The notes under the pieces are model-generated. The model worked only from the letters and a program-made list of their open reading frames with translations, was not told where the DNA came from and made no database searches. Source: a virus (lineage: Duplodnaviria; Caudoviricetes). Taken from it: a stretch of 37,876 nt of DNA. Of the stretch, positions 18,722 to 28,156 are shown piece after piece. The translations under genes were made by a program, and so were the position numbers. Where the stretch lies: IMG/VR virus record IMGVR_UViG_3300048850_000149, positions 1 to 37,876 of that record, one strand, 5' to 3'. Within the stretch, counting starts at the first letter, position 1; each line of letters opens with the position of its first letter.

Positions 18722-19080
18722 TCGGCATGAACGCCGCCACCGGCAAGCTGCTGGAAGGCATCGAGCATCTGCGCCAGTCGGTGCAGGACATCCTCGGCAC
18801 CCCGCTTGGCACCCGCGTCGGCCGGCGCTGGTACGGCTCGCATATCCCCGAGTTGCTCGATCAGCCGCTGAACGACCGCACGCGCCTCGCGCTGGTCGCC
18901 GCCGGCGCCCTCGCCCTCATGCGGCAGGAGCCGCGGATCCGCGCCACGCGCATCACGGTCGAAACCGGCGACGTCACTGGCGCCGCGGTGCTGCGCATCG
19001 TCGGCAAGCGGCTCGACGGTCCCCGCGTTGGCGCCCCGCTCACCCTCGCCATCCCCGTTCGCGCTGCCAGCGCATCCTGA
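18718..19080 (+). CDS. W: Baseplate wedge protein W (gp25-like)
   Basis: GMNAATG, HLRQSVQDILGTPLGTR and EPRI motifs. Confidence 0.92.
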   Translation: MIGMNAATGKLLEGIEHLRQSVQDILGTPLGTRVGRRWYGSHIPELLDQPLNDRTRLALVAAGALALMRQEPRIRATRITVETGDVTGAAVLRIVGKRLDGPRVGAPLTLAIPVRAASAS

Positions 19081-19091
19081 AAGGACCCACC

Positions 19092-20279
19092 ATGGCCGAC
19101 CGTTACCACCACGGCATTTCCCTGACCGAAGTCTCCAACGCGCCGCGCATCATCGCGACCGTCGCCACCGCCGTGATCGGCCTGGTCGCCACCGCACCCG
19201 CTGCCGCTGCGGACGCCTTCCCGCTCGACCGGCCGGTGCTGGTGCGCGATCTCGATGCCGCGATCGTCGCCGCGGGTGCCGGCGGCACCCTCGCCGCAAC
19301 CCTGTCTGCCATCGCCGCCACGGTGCGCACCCCGGTTGTGGTCGTTCGCGTCGCCCCTGGTGCGGACGCTGCCGCAACGCAGGCCGCCATCATCGGCGCA
19401 AGCGTAAACGGCCTCCGCACCGGCATGCAGGCGCTGCTCGGCGCCGAGGCAGCAACCGGCGTCAAGCCGCGGATTCTCGCGGCGCCGGGGCTGGAGAACG
19501 CCGAGATCACCCAGGCGCTTGCCGAGGTAGCCGAGAAGCTGCGCGGCATGTCCTATGCTAAGGCGCTCGGCGACGACGTCCCTGCGGTCGAAGCCTATGC
19601 CTCCGGCTTCACCTCGCGCGCCCTCATGCTGCTGTGGCCCGACGTCACGGTGCGCCGTGCGGACGGCACCACCGCGCCCAGCTTCGCTGCCGCCCATGCC
19701 GTCGCCATGCGCGCGCTGATCGACCAGGAGCAGGGCTGGCACAAGACGCTGTCCAACGTGCCCCTGCCCGGCATCACGGCCGGCACTGGCATCGTCGGCA
19801 TCACCCGCGATGTCACCTTCGACATTCAGGATCCCGACTGCGACGCCAATGTGCTGAACGCCGCCAACGTCACCACGCTGGTGCGGATCAACGGCGAGCT
19901 GCGCTTCTGGGGATCGCGCACCACCGCCAGCGACGCGAACTTCGCGTTCGAGTCCGCAACCCGCACCGCCCAGATCCTTGCCGACACGATCGCTGCCGGC
20001 CTGGTCTGGGCGATCGACAAGCCGCTTACCCCCGGTCTCGCCCGCGACATCGTCGAGCAGTGCAACGCCAAGTTCCGCGCCATGAAACAGGCCGGCGTGA
20101 TCTTCGGCGCCCAGGCGGTGTTCGATGCGGCCAAGAACCCGGTCGACAAGCTGCGCACCGGCATCCTGACGATCGGCTACCGCTACACCCCGATCCCCCC
20201 GCTGGAGCGGCTGAACCTCGTCCAGGAAATCACCGACGAGTTCCTCGCCAACTTCGCAGACCTCGTGGCGAACGGCTGA
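19092..20279 (+). CDS. FI: Tail sheath protein FI
   Basis: YHHG, TAVIGLV, KPRILAAPG, GWHKTLSN and FWGSRT motifs. Confidence 0.95.
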   Translation: MADRYHHGISLTEVSNAPRIIATVATAVIGLVATAPAAAADAFPLDRPVLVRDLDAAIVAAGAGGTLAATLSAIAATVRTPVVVVRVAPGADAAATQAAIIGASVNGLRTGMQALLGAEAATGVKPRILAAPGLENAEITQALAEVAEKLRGMSYAKALGDDVPAVEAYASGFTSRALMLLWPDVTVRRADGTTAPSFAAAHAVAMRALIDQEQGWHKTLSNVPLPGITAGTGIVGITRDVTFDIQDPDCDANVLNAANVTTLVRINGELRFWGSRTTASDANFAFESATRTAQILADTIAAGLVWAIDKPLTPGLARDIVEQCNAKFRAMKQAGVIFGAQAVFDAAKNPVDKLRTGILTIGYRYTPIPPLERLNLVQEITDEFLANFADLVANG

Positions 20280-20282
20280 GCG

Positions 20283-20471
20283 ATGGAGATCCCCAACCGC
20301 GTCCCGATCGCACTCCTGCTCTTCAGCATCGCTGTTGCAGCTCTGCTGTGGGGCTTCGACATCGTGCCTTGGTGGGCGATCCCGATCGTCCTCCTGCTGG
20401 CGCCGGTCGCCGCCTGCCTCGTCCTCGCTCTGCTCTTCTACGCCGCCTGGATCGCGTCGGGCAGCCACTGA
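20283..20471 (+). CDS. Small two-TM membrane protein
   Basis: Highly hydrophobic ORF that fills the FI-FII gap. Confidence 0.55.
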   Translation: MEIPNRVPIALLLFSIAVAALLWGFDIVPWWAIPIVLLLAPVAACLVLALLFYAAWIASGSH

Positions 20472-20492
20472 CCTCCCGAAAGGAATCGACAC

Positions 20493-21002
20493 ATGAGCTT
20501 CCCCGAAAAACTGAAGAAGGCCGACCTGTTCGTCGACGGCCGCTGGGTTGCCGAACACACCTCGGTCACCCTCCCCAAGCTCGGCCGCAAGCTGGAAGAA
20601 CATCGCGGCGGCGGCATGGACCGCCCGGTCAAGGTCGACATGGGCGGCGAGGCGCTGGAGGCCGAATGGACCTGCGGCGGTTGGGTGCGCGACCTGATCA
20701 TGGGCTTCGGCCACGAACGGCTCGAAGGCATCCAGATGCGGTTTACCGCTGCCGCCCAGGACGATGCGACCGGCGCCGTCCATAGCTGGGAGGCAATCCT
20801 CGGCGGCCGTCACGAAGAGATCGACCTGGGCGAGAGCAAGCCCGGCGAGGATACGGAGATGAAGGGCAAGACCGCCGTCGTCTTCTACCAGCTCACCCGC
20901 GACGGCGAGGAGCTGGTCTACATCGACGTCCTCAACACGATCGAGCGCATCGGCGGTGTCGACCGCATGGAAGCGCACCGCGCCGCCCTCGGCCGCTTCT
21001 GA
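20493..21002 (+). CDS. FII: Tail tube protein FII
   Basis: VTLPKL, RGGGM and GVDRM..HRAALG motifs. Confidence 0.93.
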   Translation: MSFPEKLKKADLFVDGRWVAEHTSVTLPKLGRKLEEHRGGGMDRPVKVDMGGEALEAEWTCGGWVRDLIMGFGHERLEGIQMRFTAAAQDDATGAVHSWEAILGGRHEEIDLGESKPGEDTEMKGKTAVVFYQLTRDGEELVYIDVLNTIERIGGVDRMEAHRAALGRF

Positions 21003-21059
21003 TCACCGGCCCCGGCCGCGCGCCGGGGCCGGTCCCTCCCCCAGTTCTAGGATCATCCC

Positions 21060-21371
21060 ATGTCTGCTGTCTTTTCCACTTTCGCCCTTCAGGCTGCAAT
21101 CTCCGTCGCGGGCGCTGTCGTGCATGATGCCGGCACCCAGATCGAAGTGCGCAAGCCCGGTGCCGGCGAGATGCGCGGCCTGTCCGTCAACCCGCTCATC
21201 CAGGGCGACTACACCTCGCTCGAAACGCTGGCGTCCCGCATCACCAAGCCGCAGCTGTCCAAGCAGCACTTCGCTGCGCTCGATCCGGCCGACCTGACCC
21301 AGTTCCACCTCGAAGTTCTGGATTTTTTGCTGCCGTCGAGCGCGAAGCAGGCAGTCTCCCCGACCGAGTAG
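21060..21371 (+). CDS. E: Tail assembly chaperone E
   Basis: RKPGAGEMRGL, LDPADL and DFL motifs; follows FII. Confidence 0.85.
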   Translation: MSAVFSTFALQAAISVAGAVVHDAGTQIEVRKPGAGEMRGLSVNPLIQGDYTSLETLASRITKPQLSKQHFAALDPADLTQFHLEVLDFLLPSSAKQAVSPTE

Positions 21372-21505
21372 AACCCGTCATGGCGGACATCTGGTCGGTG
21401 CTGCGCGGGCAGCCCGGCTACGAAGCGATGTGCGCCATGTCGATCCCGGACCTGATGAACTGGCACCGCCTGGCCGCCGAGCGCGCGCCCAAGAAGGAAC
21501 GATAA
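21323..21505 (+). CDS. E': E' extension reached by a -1 frameshift at TTTTTTG (21323-21329)
   Basis: Same slippery heptamer as P2; the -1 frame is open (...MADIWSVL...MSIPDLMNWHRLAAER) to TAA 21505; absent from the ORF track. Confidence 0.8.
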   Translation, partial: FFAAVEREAGSLPDRVEPVMADIWSVLRGQPGYEAMCAMSIPDLMNWHRLAAERAPKKER

Positions 21506-21506
21506 C

Positions 21507-24107
21507 GTGGCCGATCGCGACCTGCGGATCCGCATGCTGCTCGCCGCCAGCGACCGCGTCACCCGGCCGCTGCGCGACATCGCCGGCGGGTCGCGCGCGG
21601 CAACCGAGGCGCTACGCGGCACCCGCGAGCGCCTGCGCGAAGTCGATCGCGCCCAGGAACAACTGAACAGCTTCACCACCCTGCGCGCGGGCCTGCGATC
21701 GTCGGCCACTGCCATGCGGACGGCCGAACAGCGTGCCGCCGCGCTCGGCCGCGAGATCGAGCAGACCGCCAGGCCTACCCGCGCCATGAAGCGCGACTTT
21801 GCCGAAGCGACCCGCGCCGCCGAGCAGCTGGCCACCAGCCACCGCCACGACGTGCAGCAGCTGCGCGAGCTGCGCGGCGCGCTGCAAGCGGCCGGCGCCA
21901 ATACCCGCGATCTGTCGCGCTACGAGCGCGAGCTGGCCGACCGATCCGCCAATACCAACCGCGAGCTAGCCGAGCAGGAACGCCGCCTTGAGCGGGTCGC
22001 CAACCGCGAGCAGCGCATGGGCGCCGCACGCGACCGGTTCAGCCGCACCATGGGTGCCGCCGGCAACGTTGCCGGGGCCGGCATGGGCATGCTCGCCACC
22101 GCCGGCGCCATGGCCCTGCCGATCGTCGCCGGCATCCAGGGGGCGCAGGAATACGAATCGAAGATGACCGACATCGGTCAGAAGGCGAACCTCACCCGAG
22201 CCGCGACCGGTCGCATGGGCGCGGATCTGTTGAAGGCCGCGCGCGCCGCCAACCAACTGCCCGAGGCGATGCAGGGCGGCGTCGATACGCTGTCCGGCTT
22301 CGGCCTCGATCCGCGCCAGGCGACAGCGATGATGCAGCCGATCGGCCGCGCGGCCACCGCCTACAAGGCCGAGATCTCGGACCTGGCCGCCGCCAGCTTC
22401 TCGGCCCATGACAACCTGAAGGTCGCGCTCAGCGACACCCAGCGCATGATCGACGGCATGGCCGCCGCGGGCAAGGCGGGCGCCTTCGAGATGAAGGATA
22501 TGGCCCAGCACTTCCCGACGCTAACGGCCGCTTATCAGGGGCTTGGGCAGACCGGCGTCGCCGCCGGCGTCGACCTGTCGGCCGCACTCCAGATCACGCG
22601 CAAGGGCGCCGGCGACAGCGCGACCGCAGCCGGCAACCTCAACAACGTCCTGCAGAAGATCACGTCGCCGGCCACGGTGCGCGCGTTCAAGAAGCTGGGC
22701 GTGGATCTGCCAAAGTCGCTGAAGCGGATGTATGCCGAGGGCAAGACGCCGATCGAGGCGATCTCCGAACTGACGAACAAGACGCTGAAGGGCGACCTGT
22801 CGCGCCTCGGCTACCTGTTCGAGGATGCCCAGGTGCAGGCGGGCCTGCGCCCGCTCATCCAGAACATGGAGGAATATCGGCGGATCCGCAGTGAGGCGAT
22901 GAACGCCAGCGGCACCACCGATGCCGACTTCGCCGAGCGCATGCGCGACAGCGCCGAGCAGACCAGGCAGCTGACCGTCAACGCCGCGACGCTCGGCATC
23001 CAGCTCGGCACCGTCCTGCTGCCCACCGTCAACGATCTGCTCGGCAAGGCGTCCGCCATGGCGTCGCGCCTGGGCGACTGGTCGCAGCGTCACCCCGCGC
23101 TCACCAAGGCGATCGTCGTCGGCACCGTCGCGCTCACCGCCATGATGGGCGCAGCCGCCCTGCTCACGCTGGCCTATGCTGCGATGATGGGCCCCATGGC
23201 GCTGTTCGGCGCGCTGTCGACCGCCACCGGCATCGCGATGCTGCCGATGATCGGCATCGTCCTGGCCGTCGTCGCCGCGGTCGCGCTGCTCGCCTATGGC
23301 GCGTACCAGGTCTACAACAACTGGGGCGCGATCACCGGCTTCTTTGGCGGGATTTGGGAGCGGATCCGCTCGACCTTCACCTCGAACTGGGCGTTCATCC
23401 GCAACCTGCTGCTGGGCGCGCTGGTCATCTTCATGCCGCCGGTCGCCGCGCTGATGCTGGTCGCAAAGGCGGTTTACGACAACTGGGGGGCGATCCGCTC
23501 GGGCTTCATGGCCGGCGTCGCCTTCCTGGCCGGCATCGTCGGCCCGGTCGTGCAGCCGCTGCTGAACATCCTCGGCTTCATGGGCGGGCTCTACCTGCGC
23601 TTTTCGCAGATGGGCCTGCACCTGATTCAGGGGCTGGGTCGCGGAATCCTTTCCGGTGTCGGATGGGTGCTGAAGCTGATCACCAACGTCGCCACCACGA
23701 TCGGGGGCGCCTTCGCGCGGGCGATGGGCATCAAGTCGCCGTCGCGCGTGTTCATGGCTTATGGCGGCCACCTCATGGCGGGGCTGCACAACGGGATCGA
23801 CAACGATGCCGACGCACCGGTCGGACGCATGACGCGGCTGTCGCGCGACCTGACGCAAGCCCTCGCGGTCACAGCGGCGACGCCCGCGCTGGCAGTCGCT
23901 GGCGTTGCGCCTGGCGCCGGCAGCGCGCCGGCGACGGCGCGTGCCGCTCCGCCCGCGCCCATGACCGTCACGATCCACATCAACGGCGCCAACCGCGATC
24001 CGCAGGACATCGCCGCCGCCGTCGAGCAGGCGCTTGCCCGCGTCGATGCCGCCCGCCGCGCCGACAGCTATTCGGCCTTCGCCGACAATCCGGACTGGAG
24101 CGTCTGA
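21507..24107 (+). CDS. T: Tail tape measure protein T
   Basis: 866 aa, Ala-rich and helical, TM/W-repeat region, IKSPSRVF motif. Confidence 0.93.
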   Translation: MADRDLRIRMLLAASDRVTRPLRDIAGGSRAATEALRGTRERLREVDRAQEQLNSFTTLRAGLRSSATAMRTAEQRAAALGREIEQTARPTRAMKRDFAEATRAAEQLATSHRHDVQQLRELRGALQAAGANTRDLSRYERELADRSANTNRELAEQERRLERVANREQRMGAARDRFSRTMGAAGNVAGAGMGMLATAGAMALPIVAGIQGAQEYESKMTDIGQKANLTRAATGRMGADLLKAARAANQLPEAMQGGVDTLSGFGLDPRQATAMMQPIGRAATAYKAEISDLAAASFSAHDNLKVALSDTQRMIDGMAAAGKAGAFEMKDMAQHFPTLTAAYQGLGQTGVAAGVDLSAALQITRKGAGDSATAAGNLNNVLQKITSPATVRAFKKLGVDLPKSLKRMYAEGKTPIEAISELTNKTLKGDLSRLGYLFEDAQVQAGLRPLIQNMEEYRRIRSEAMNASGTTDADFAERMRDSAEQTRQLTVNAATLGIQLGTVLLPTVNDLLGKASAMASRLGDWSQRHPALTKAIVVGTVALTAMMGAAALLTLAYAAMMGPMALFGALSTATGIAMLPMIGIVLAVVAAVALLAYGAYQVYNNWGAITGFFGGIWERIRSTFTSNWAFIRNLLLGALVIFMPPVAALMLVAKAVYDNWGAIRSGFMAGVAFLAGIVGPVVQPLLNILGFMGGLYLRFSQMGLHLIQGLGRGILSGVGWVLKLITNVATTIGGAFARAMGIKSPSRVFMAYGGHLMAGLHNGIDNDADAPVGRMTRLSRDLTQALAVTAATPALAVAGVAPGAGSAPATARAAPPAPMTVTIHINGANRDPQDIAAAVEQALARVDAARRADSYSAFADNPDWSV

Positions 24108-24496
24108 TGTTGATGTCGCTGGGCATGTTCCCCTTCTCGCTCGACACCCTCGCGCATGAGGATCTGTCGCGCCGCACCGCCTGGCGTCATGCGACGTCCC
24201 AGCGCATCGGCCAGCGGGACGCCACCCAGTTCGTTGGCCCCGGCGAGGAAACAATCTCGATCGGCGGGATGGCCTATGCCGAGCTGACGGATGGCCGCGC
24301 CAGCCTCGACCAGCTGCGTACCATGGCGGGCAGCGGCGATGCATGGCCGCTGGTCGACGGCGCCGGCATGATCTTCGGCGCCTTCGTCATCCAGACGCTG
24401 GACGAACGCCACAAGGCGCTGTTCCCGGATGGCACCCCGCGCTCGATCGACTTTCAGATCGAACTACTGCGCGTCGACACCGAGCAGCCGGCATGA
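24107..24496 (+). CDS. U: Tail protein U
   Basis: MSLGMFPF, QFVGPG and DGTPRSIDF motifs; TGATG coupling. Confidence 0.9.
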   Translation: MLMSLGMFPFSLDTLAHEDLSRRTAWRHATSQRIGQRDATQFVGPGEETISIGGMAYAELTDGRASLDQLRTMAGSGDAWPLVDGAGMIFGAFVIQTLDERHKALFPDGTPRSIDFQIELLRVDTEQPA

Positions 24497-25515
24497 TCGC
24501 GAACATCCCCGACTATCGCGTGGAGGTGGACGGCATCGACGTCACGCCCCGGCTGCGCGACCGGGTGCCCGGCAACGACAACCGTCCGCGCCTCATCTCG
24601 CTGGGGATCACCGACAAGCGGGGCAATGAATCCGACCAGCTCGACCTGGTGCTCGACGACAGCGACGGTGCCTTCAACCTGCCGCCCACCGGTGCGAAGA
24701 TCCGGGTGCAGCTCGGGTGGAAGCAGGGCAGCGACGTCGCGGCCGGTCTAGTCGACAAGGGCACCTTCATCGTGGACGAGGTGTCCCACACCGGCCCGCC
24801 CGACGTGATCACCGTCCGCGCCCGCGCCGCCGACTTCACCGGCGCCATGCGCGTGCGCCGCGAGCGCAGCTGGCGCGGCACCACGCTGGGCGCGATCGTC
24901 GCCGACGTCGCCCGTGCGCATGGGCTGACTCCGCGCTGTGCGCCCGCGCTGGCGTCGATCGCGGTCACCACGAAGGCACAGAGCCGGGAGAGCGATCTCG
25001 CCTTCCTGCGCCGCCTTGGCCGCGATCACGATGCCGCCGCGACCATTAAGCGCGGGAACCTGGTGCTGGCGCCGCTCGGCAAGGCGGCGACTATCTCAGG
25101 CGTGAACCTGCGGGCGCTGACCATCCACCGCCGCGACGGCGATCGGCACGACTATCAGCTGCAGAAGCAGGAGGAGGTGACCGGCGTCACCGCCAGCTGG
25201 CACGATCGCGGCGCCGCGAAGAAAAAGGCCATCACGGTCGGCAAGTCGGAGGGCGCCCGCAAGCTGTCCCGCACCTATGCCACCGAAGCCGATGCAAAGG
25301 CGGCGGCGCAGGCAGAAAGCAGCCGCGCCGCGCGCCAGCCCCGCACGCTGGCGCTGAACCTCGCCCTCGGGCGCGCCGACATCAAGCCGGAACAACCGGT
25401 GACCGTCGCAGGGTTCAAGCCCGCGATCGACGCCCAACGGTGGGTGGTTGCTGAGGTGTCACACGCACTAGGCGATCGGGGATTTCAGACGCAGGTAAAG
25501 CTGGAAGCTGCCTGA
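24493..25515 (+). CDS. D: Late control/baseplate hub protein D
   Basis: TDKRGNESDQL, KGTFIVDEVSHTGPPD and QSRESD motifs. Confidence 0.92.
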   Translation: MIANIPDYRVEVDGIDVTPRLRDRVPGNDNRPRLISLGITDKRGNESDQLDLVLDDSDGAFNLPPTGAKIRVQLGWKQGSDVAAGLVDKGTFIVDEVSHTGPPDVITVRARAADFTGAMRVRRERSWRGTTLGAIVADVARAHGLTPRCAPALASIAVTTKAQSRESDLAFLRRLGRDHDAAATIKRGNLVLAPLGKAATISGVNLRALTIHRRDGDRHDYQLQKQEEVTGVTASWHDRGAAKKKAITVGKSEGARKLSRTYATEADAKAAAQAESSRAARQPRTLALNLALGRADIKPEQPVTVAGFKPAIDAQRWVVAEVSHALGDRGFQTQVKLEAA

Positions 25516-25518
25516 CAG

Positions 25519-26481
25519 CTACCACCGCACTTTAACTTCGGCGCCGCCTTGGCTGCCGTCACTTTCCATCTGCAAAAGCAAACCAAGGTTGGTAAGTTTC
25601 TGGATCAACTGCCTTTCCCCCGACACAGAAAGATTATCAGGGATCCGCAATCGCATCTCATCGTCGGAGACGACTTCCAGAGGTTGATAGATGTTTTCGG
25701 ACATTAGCACTTGTAGGACGTCGTCGCCCTTGCTGCTCGGCACCCGCGCATAGAGTGAGACACCACCTTCTCGTGCTGACACTGACGAGCTTAAACCAAA
25801 GAGCTTACTTGCGCTAGAAGTCGAACCTTTCTCTATTCGAGCCAAGCGGTTAGAAATGCTCGCAAGCTCCTTCTTAATGAAGGCGTCTACAGTGATACTC
25901 TCCTCGCGCGGTTTTACCGTTTCGATAACCACATTACTCAAGAACGGCTTGTGAGTCCCGGATGCCAGAGCCTCGCTCTTTTTGCGCAGGGCCTCCGCGA
26001 GATTATTGATGAATTCCTCCATCTCTAGGATATTTAGATCCGCAGGATAGGGTTCATACCTGAAGTCTGAAATGTCAAAAGGAACAACGCCGCCTTGGTT
26101 TACCACGACCACAGTCGGCAACTTGGACGCAAGCCGGAGCCCTAGCTCGAACATCACGTTCGGATTCAAGTCCGTGATATCAGCAACCACCAACGGGAAG
26201 CTGAAAATGTTAGCTATGATGCTTTCAGAGACTCTGTCGTTAACTTCGTTCTGCCATGCATTAACCGGATCGAACCCCGCCTTCCGAACGGCACGATGTA
26301 ATAACGACTGAACATCCCGCCAGTGCTTACTGCTATGACTGGCAGTGGCTGATATCGGCATTATCACGCCACAGCGACGATCCGCATCAAGCTCCGTGTC
26401 AGGAGTAGAACGTTCGTCAACACCTTGAATACCCGCCTCGCCATCCGCAAGCCGTGGCAGTTCGCCGGAAACGTTCGTCAT
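25519..26481 (-). CDS. Nucleoside 2-deoxyribosyltransferase/TIR-like fold protein with an unknown C-terminal region; lower-GC moron
   Basis: CGVIMP, VVADITDLNPNVMFELG and PFDI motifs; 20 nt downstream of the repressor. Confidence 0.7.
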   Translation of the reverse strand: MTNVSGELPRLADGEAGIQGVDERSTPDTELDADRRCGVIMPISATASHSSKHWRDVQSLLHRAVRKAGFDPVNAWQNEVNDRVSESIIANIFSFPLVVADITDLNPNVMFELGLRLASKLPTVVVVNQGGVVPFDISDFRYEPYPADLNILEMEEFINNLAEALRKKSEALASGTHKPFLSNVVIETVKPREESITVDAFIKKELASISNRLARIEKGSTSSASKLFGLSSSVSAREGGVSLYARVPSSKGDDVLQVLMSENIYQPLEVVSDDEMRLRIPDNLSVSGERQLIQKLTNLGLLLQMESDGSQGGAEVKVRW

Positions 26482-26501
26482 ACCCCCCCCTTTTTCTTGT
26501 C

Positions 26502-27224
26502 CTAGAAGCCTAGAGCCTCATCCCACGGCATCACCCGATGAACCGCGGCGACCTGCTCATTCGGCACCGCGAAGGTCGCATCTGGATTGAACTGGCGCAG
26601 CAGCACCGCCCCCGGCCGGCGCCGCACCAGTTGCTTGATGAGGACGTGCCGCACTTCCTCGCCATCGAAGGTCGGGCCGCGCAGCTGCACTACGACGTCG
26701 TCGCCAACGCCGGGCGAACGCTTGGGATCGACAAGCACGCGACGGCCGGAGTCGTAGCGCGGCTCCATAGAATGTCCCGCCACCTCGACCACGTAGAGAT
26801 CCGGACGGCCGGTCACACCGATGGGACGCGCCATGAAGTCGAGCGCTTCCGTCATATGCACTTCGGTCTGCTCGACCCTCACGACCACTCCAGCTTCGTC
26901 GCTATATTCAAGCTCGGCACCAAGCGCGCTGCCATAGATGGGCAGCGTTTTTGGCAGTCGTCTAAACGCTTCGGGGGAAATGCTCCCCTCGACAGGAAAC
27001 GTACGTTCAATCGCATCCTCGCGACCGAGCAACCAGTCGGAGGTGGTGCCGAGTTCCTTCGCAATTGCATCGAGACGGTCGATCGCGGGCATCGCGTTCT
27101 TGCCCAGGATGTTACGGATCGCACCAGGCTGCCCCGTCGCGGCAAGCGATATCTCACGCGCGCTGACATTCAGCTCTGCAAGCTTTGCCGAGACACGCTC
27201 TTTCAGGATGTCGATAGGTCGCAC
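26502..27224 (-). CDS. CI-like repressor (HTH + S24 peptidase)
   Basis: N-terminal HTH (…IAKELGTTSDWLLG), catalytic Ser in GHSMEP and Lys in LIKQL. Confidence 0.92.
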   Translation of the reverse strand: MRPIDILKERVSAKLAELNVSAREISLAATGQPGAIRNILGKNAMPAIDRLDAIAKELGTTSDWLLGREDAIERTFPVEGSISPEAFRRLPKTLPIYGSALGAELEYSDEAGVVVRVEQTEVHMTEALDFMARPIGVTGRPDLYVVEVAGHSMEPRYDSGRRVLVDPKRSPGVGDDVVVQLRGPTFDGEEVRHVLIKQLVRRRPGAVLLRQFNPDATFAVPNEQVAAVHRVMPWDEALGF

Positions 27225-27308
27225 GCGTCATCCATGCCGCAAAATAAAGGTGAGTTCGAGCGTCACTTGTGACTTGACCACGCGCCCTTGATGACGCAGG
27301 TGTGGGTC
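27225..27308. promoter_or_regulatory. Lysis-lysogeny switch region (divergent promoters and operators)
   Basis: Between divergent cI and cro-like genes; recurring GCGTCA/TGACGC half-sites. Confidence 0.55.
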
Positions 27309-27665
27309 ATGAGTGACGCATATGAGAACGCATTGCGAACAGTTGCCGATGCCTATGAGGCAGAGGTCGCGGCGCATGGTGGTCGGTCGCTGTCGCGCGT
27401 GGCGACAATCGTCGTCAGCAGCGGCACGTTCTTCAATCGGCTGCGCAACGGTAAGCCGTTTCTCGTCCACAACCTTGAGCGCCTCGCCGCATGGTTCCGC
27501 CAGCCAGAGAACTGGCCGAACGGCCTGATCCCCGGACCTGCGTCTGACGCACTCATCAGCATTGGCCGTCCCCCAGAGTCGTCAATCATGACGCACCCTT
27601 GCCCCAAGCCTGCGTCACATGTCGCATCGAATGCCCGCAGCGTTTTCGATCGGAAGCACGCGTGA
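27309..27665 (+). CDS. Cro-like regulator
   Basis: Divergent from cI; SLSRVATIV..GTFFNRLRNG...WF...NWP pattern. Confidence 0.65.
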   Translation: MSDAYENALRTVADAYEAEVAAHGGRSLSRVATIVVSSGTFFNRLRNGKPFLVHNLERLAAWFRQPENWPNGLIPGPASDALISIGRPPESSIMTHPCPKPASHVASNARSVFDRKHA

Positions 27666-28156
27666 CCGTTCCCCGCACTCCTGACACGGCGGCCGATGCC
27701 GTGCTGCAGATCGCTGGCAGCCTAGGCTATGAAGCGGTGGCAGCGGCCGCCGGCCGCTCGGTCGCGTGCATCCGCGATTGGACCAACGAGGCGACGACCT
27801 CCTGCCCCAGCTTCGCACAGGCCATCGCTCTCGACGCAGCGTACATCGCCGCCGGCGGCGAGAACGCCCCGCTGCATGACGCCTACGCGGCGCAGCTCAA
27901 GATCACGGTCGAGGCTCGCACCGCCTGTGCCCGCGCCCTTTCCGGCGAGGTGGCCACCGCCGCCCGCGAATTCGGCGAGTTTATCGCCGCCAGTTTGCCG
28001 GTCTGCCAGACCGGTCACAGCCCCAACGATGTGCAGCGCGCATTGCTCGAAGCCGACCAGGCAGAGAGCGCGGTCGCAGCCATCAAGCGCCGGCTGTTCA
28101 GTTTCCTAAAGACCGGCGCGGGGCCGGTCGGGAAAGCCGGGGGTTCCCACCAATGA
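27662..28156 (+). CDS. CII-like phage regulatory protein
   Basis: HTH-like N-terminus (AAAAGRSVACIRDW) and helical C-terminus; GTGA coupling to cro. Confidence 0.55.
   Translation: MTVPRTPDTAADAVLQIAGSLGYEAVAAAAGRSVACIRDWTNEATTSCPSFAQAIALDAAYIAAGGENAPLHDAYAAQLKITVEARTACARALSGEVATAAREFGEFIAASLPVCQTGHSPNDVQRALLEADQAESAVAAIKRRLFSFLKTGAGPVGKAGGSHQ

Noticed and set aside
16756-24344. Long antisense ORFs (16756-18501, 18861-20978, 22521-24344 and similar ones elsewhere)
   Set aside because: These are shadow frames of well-supported genes in high-GC DNA, with no recognisable motifs.
26483-26490. C8 tract (G8 on the minus strand) as a phase-variation switch for the NDT-like gene
   Set aside because: It is short and intergenic, and is adequately explained as a G-rich RBS; there is no evidence of length variation.
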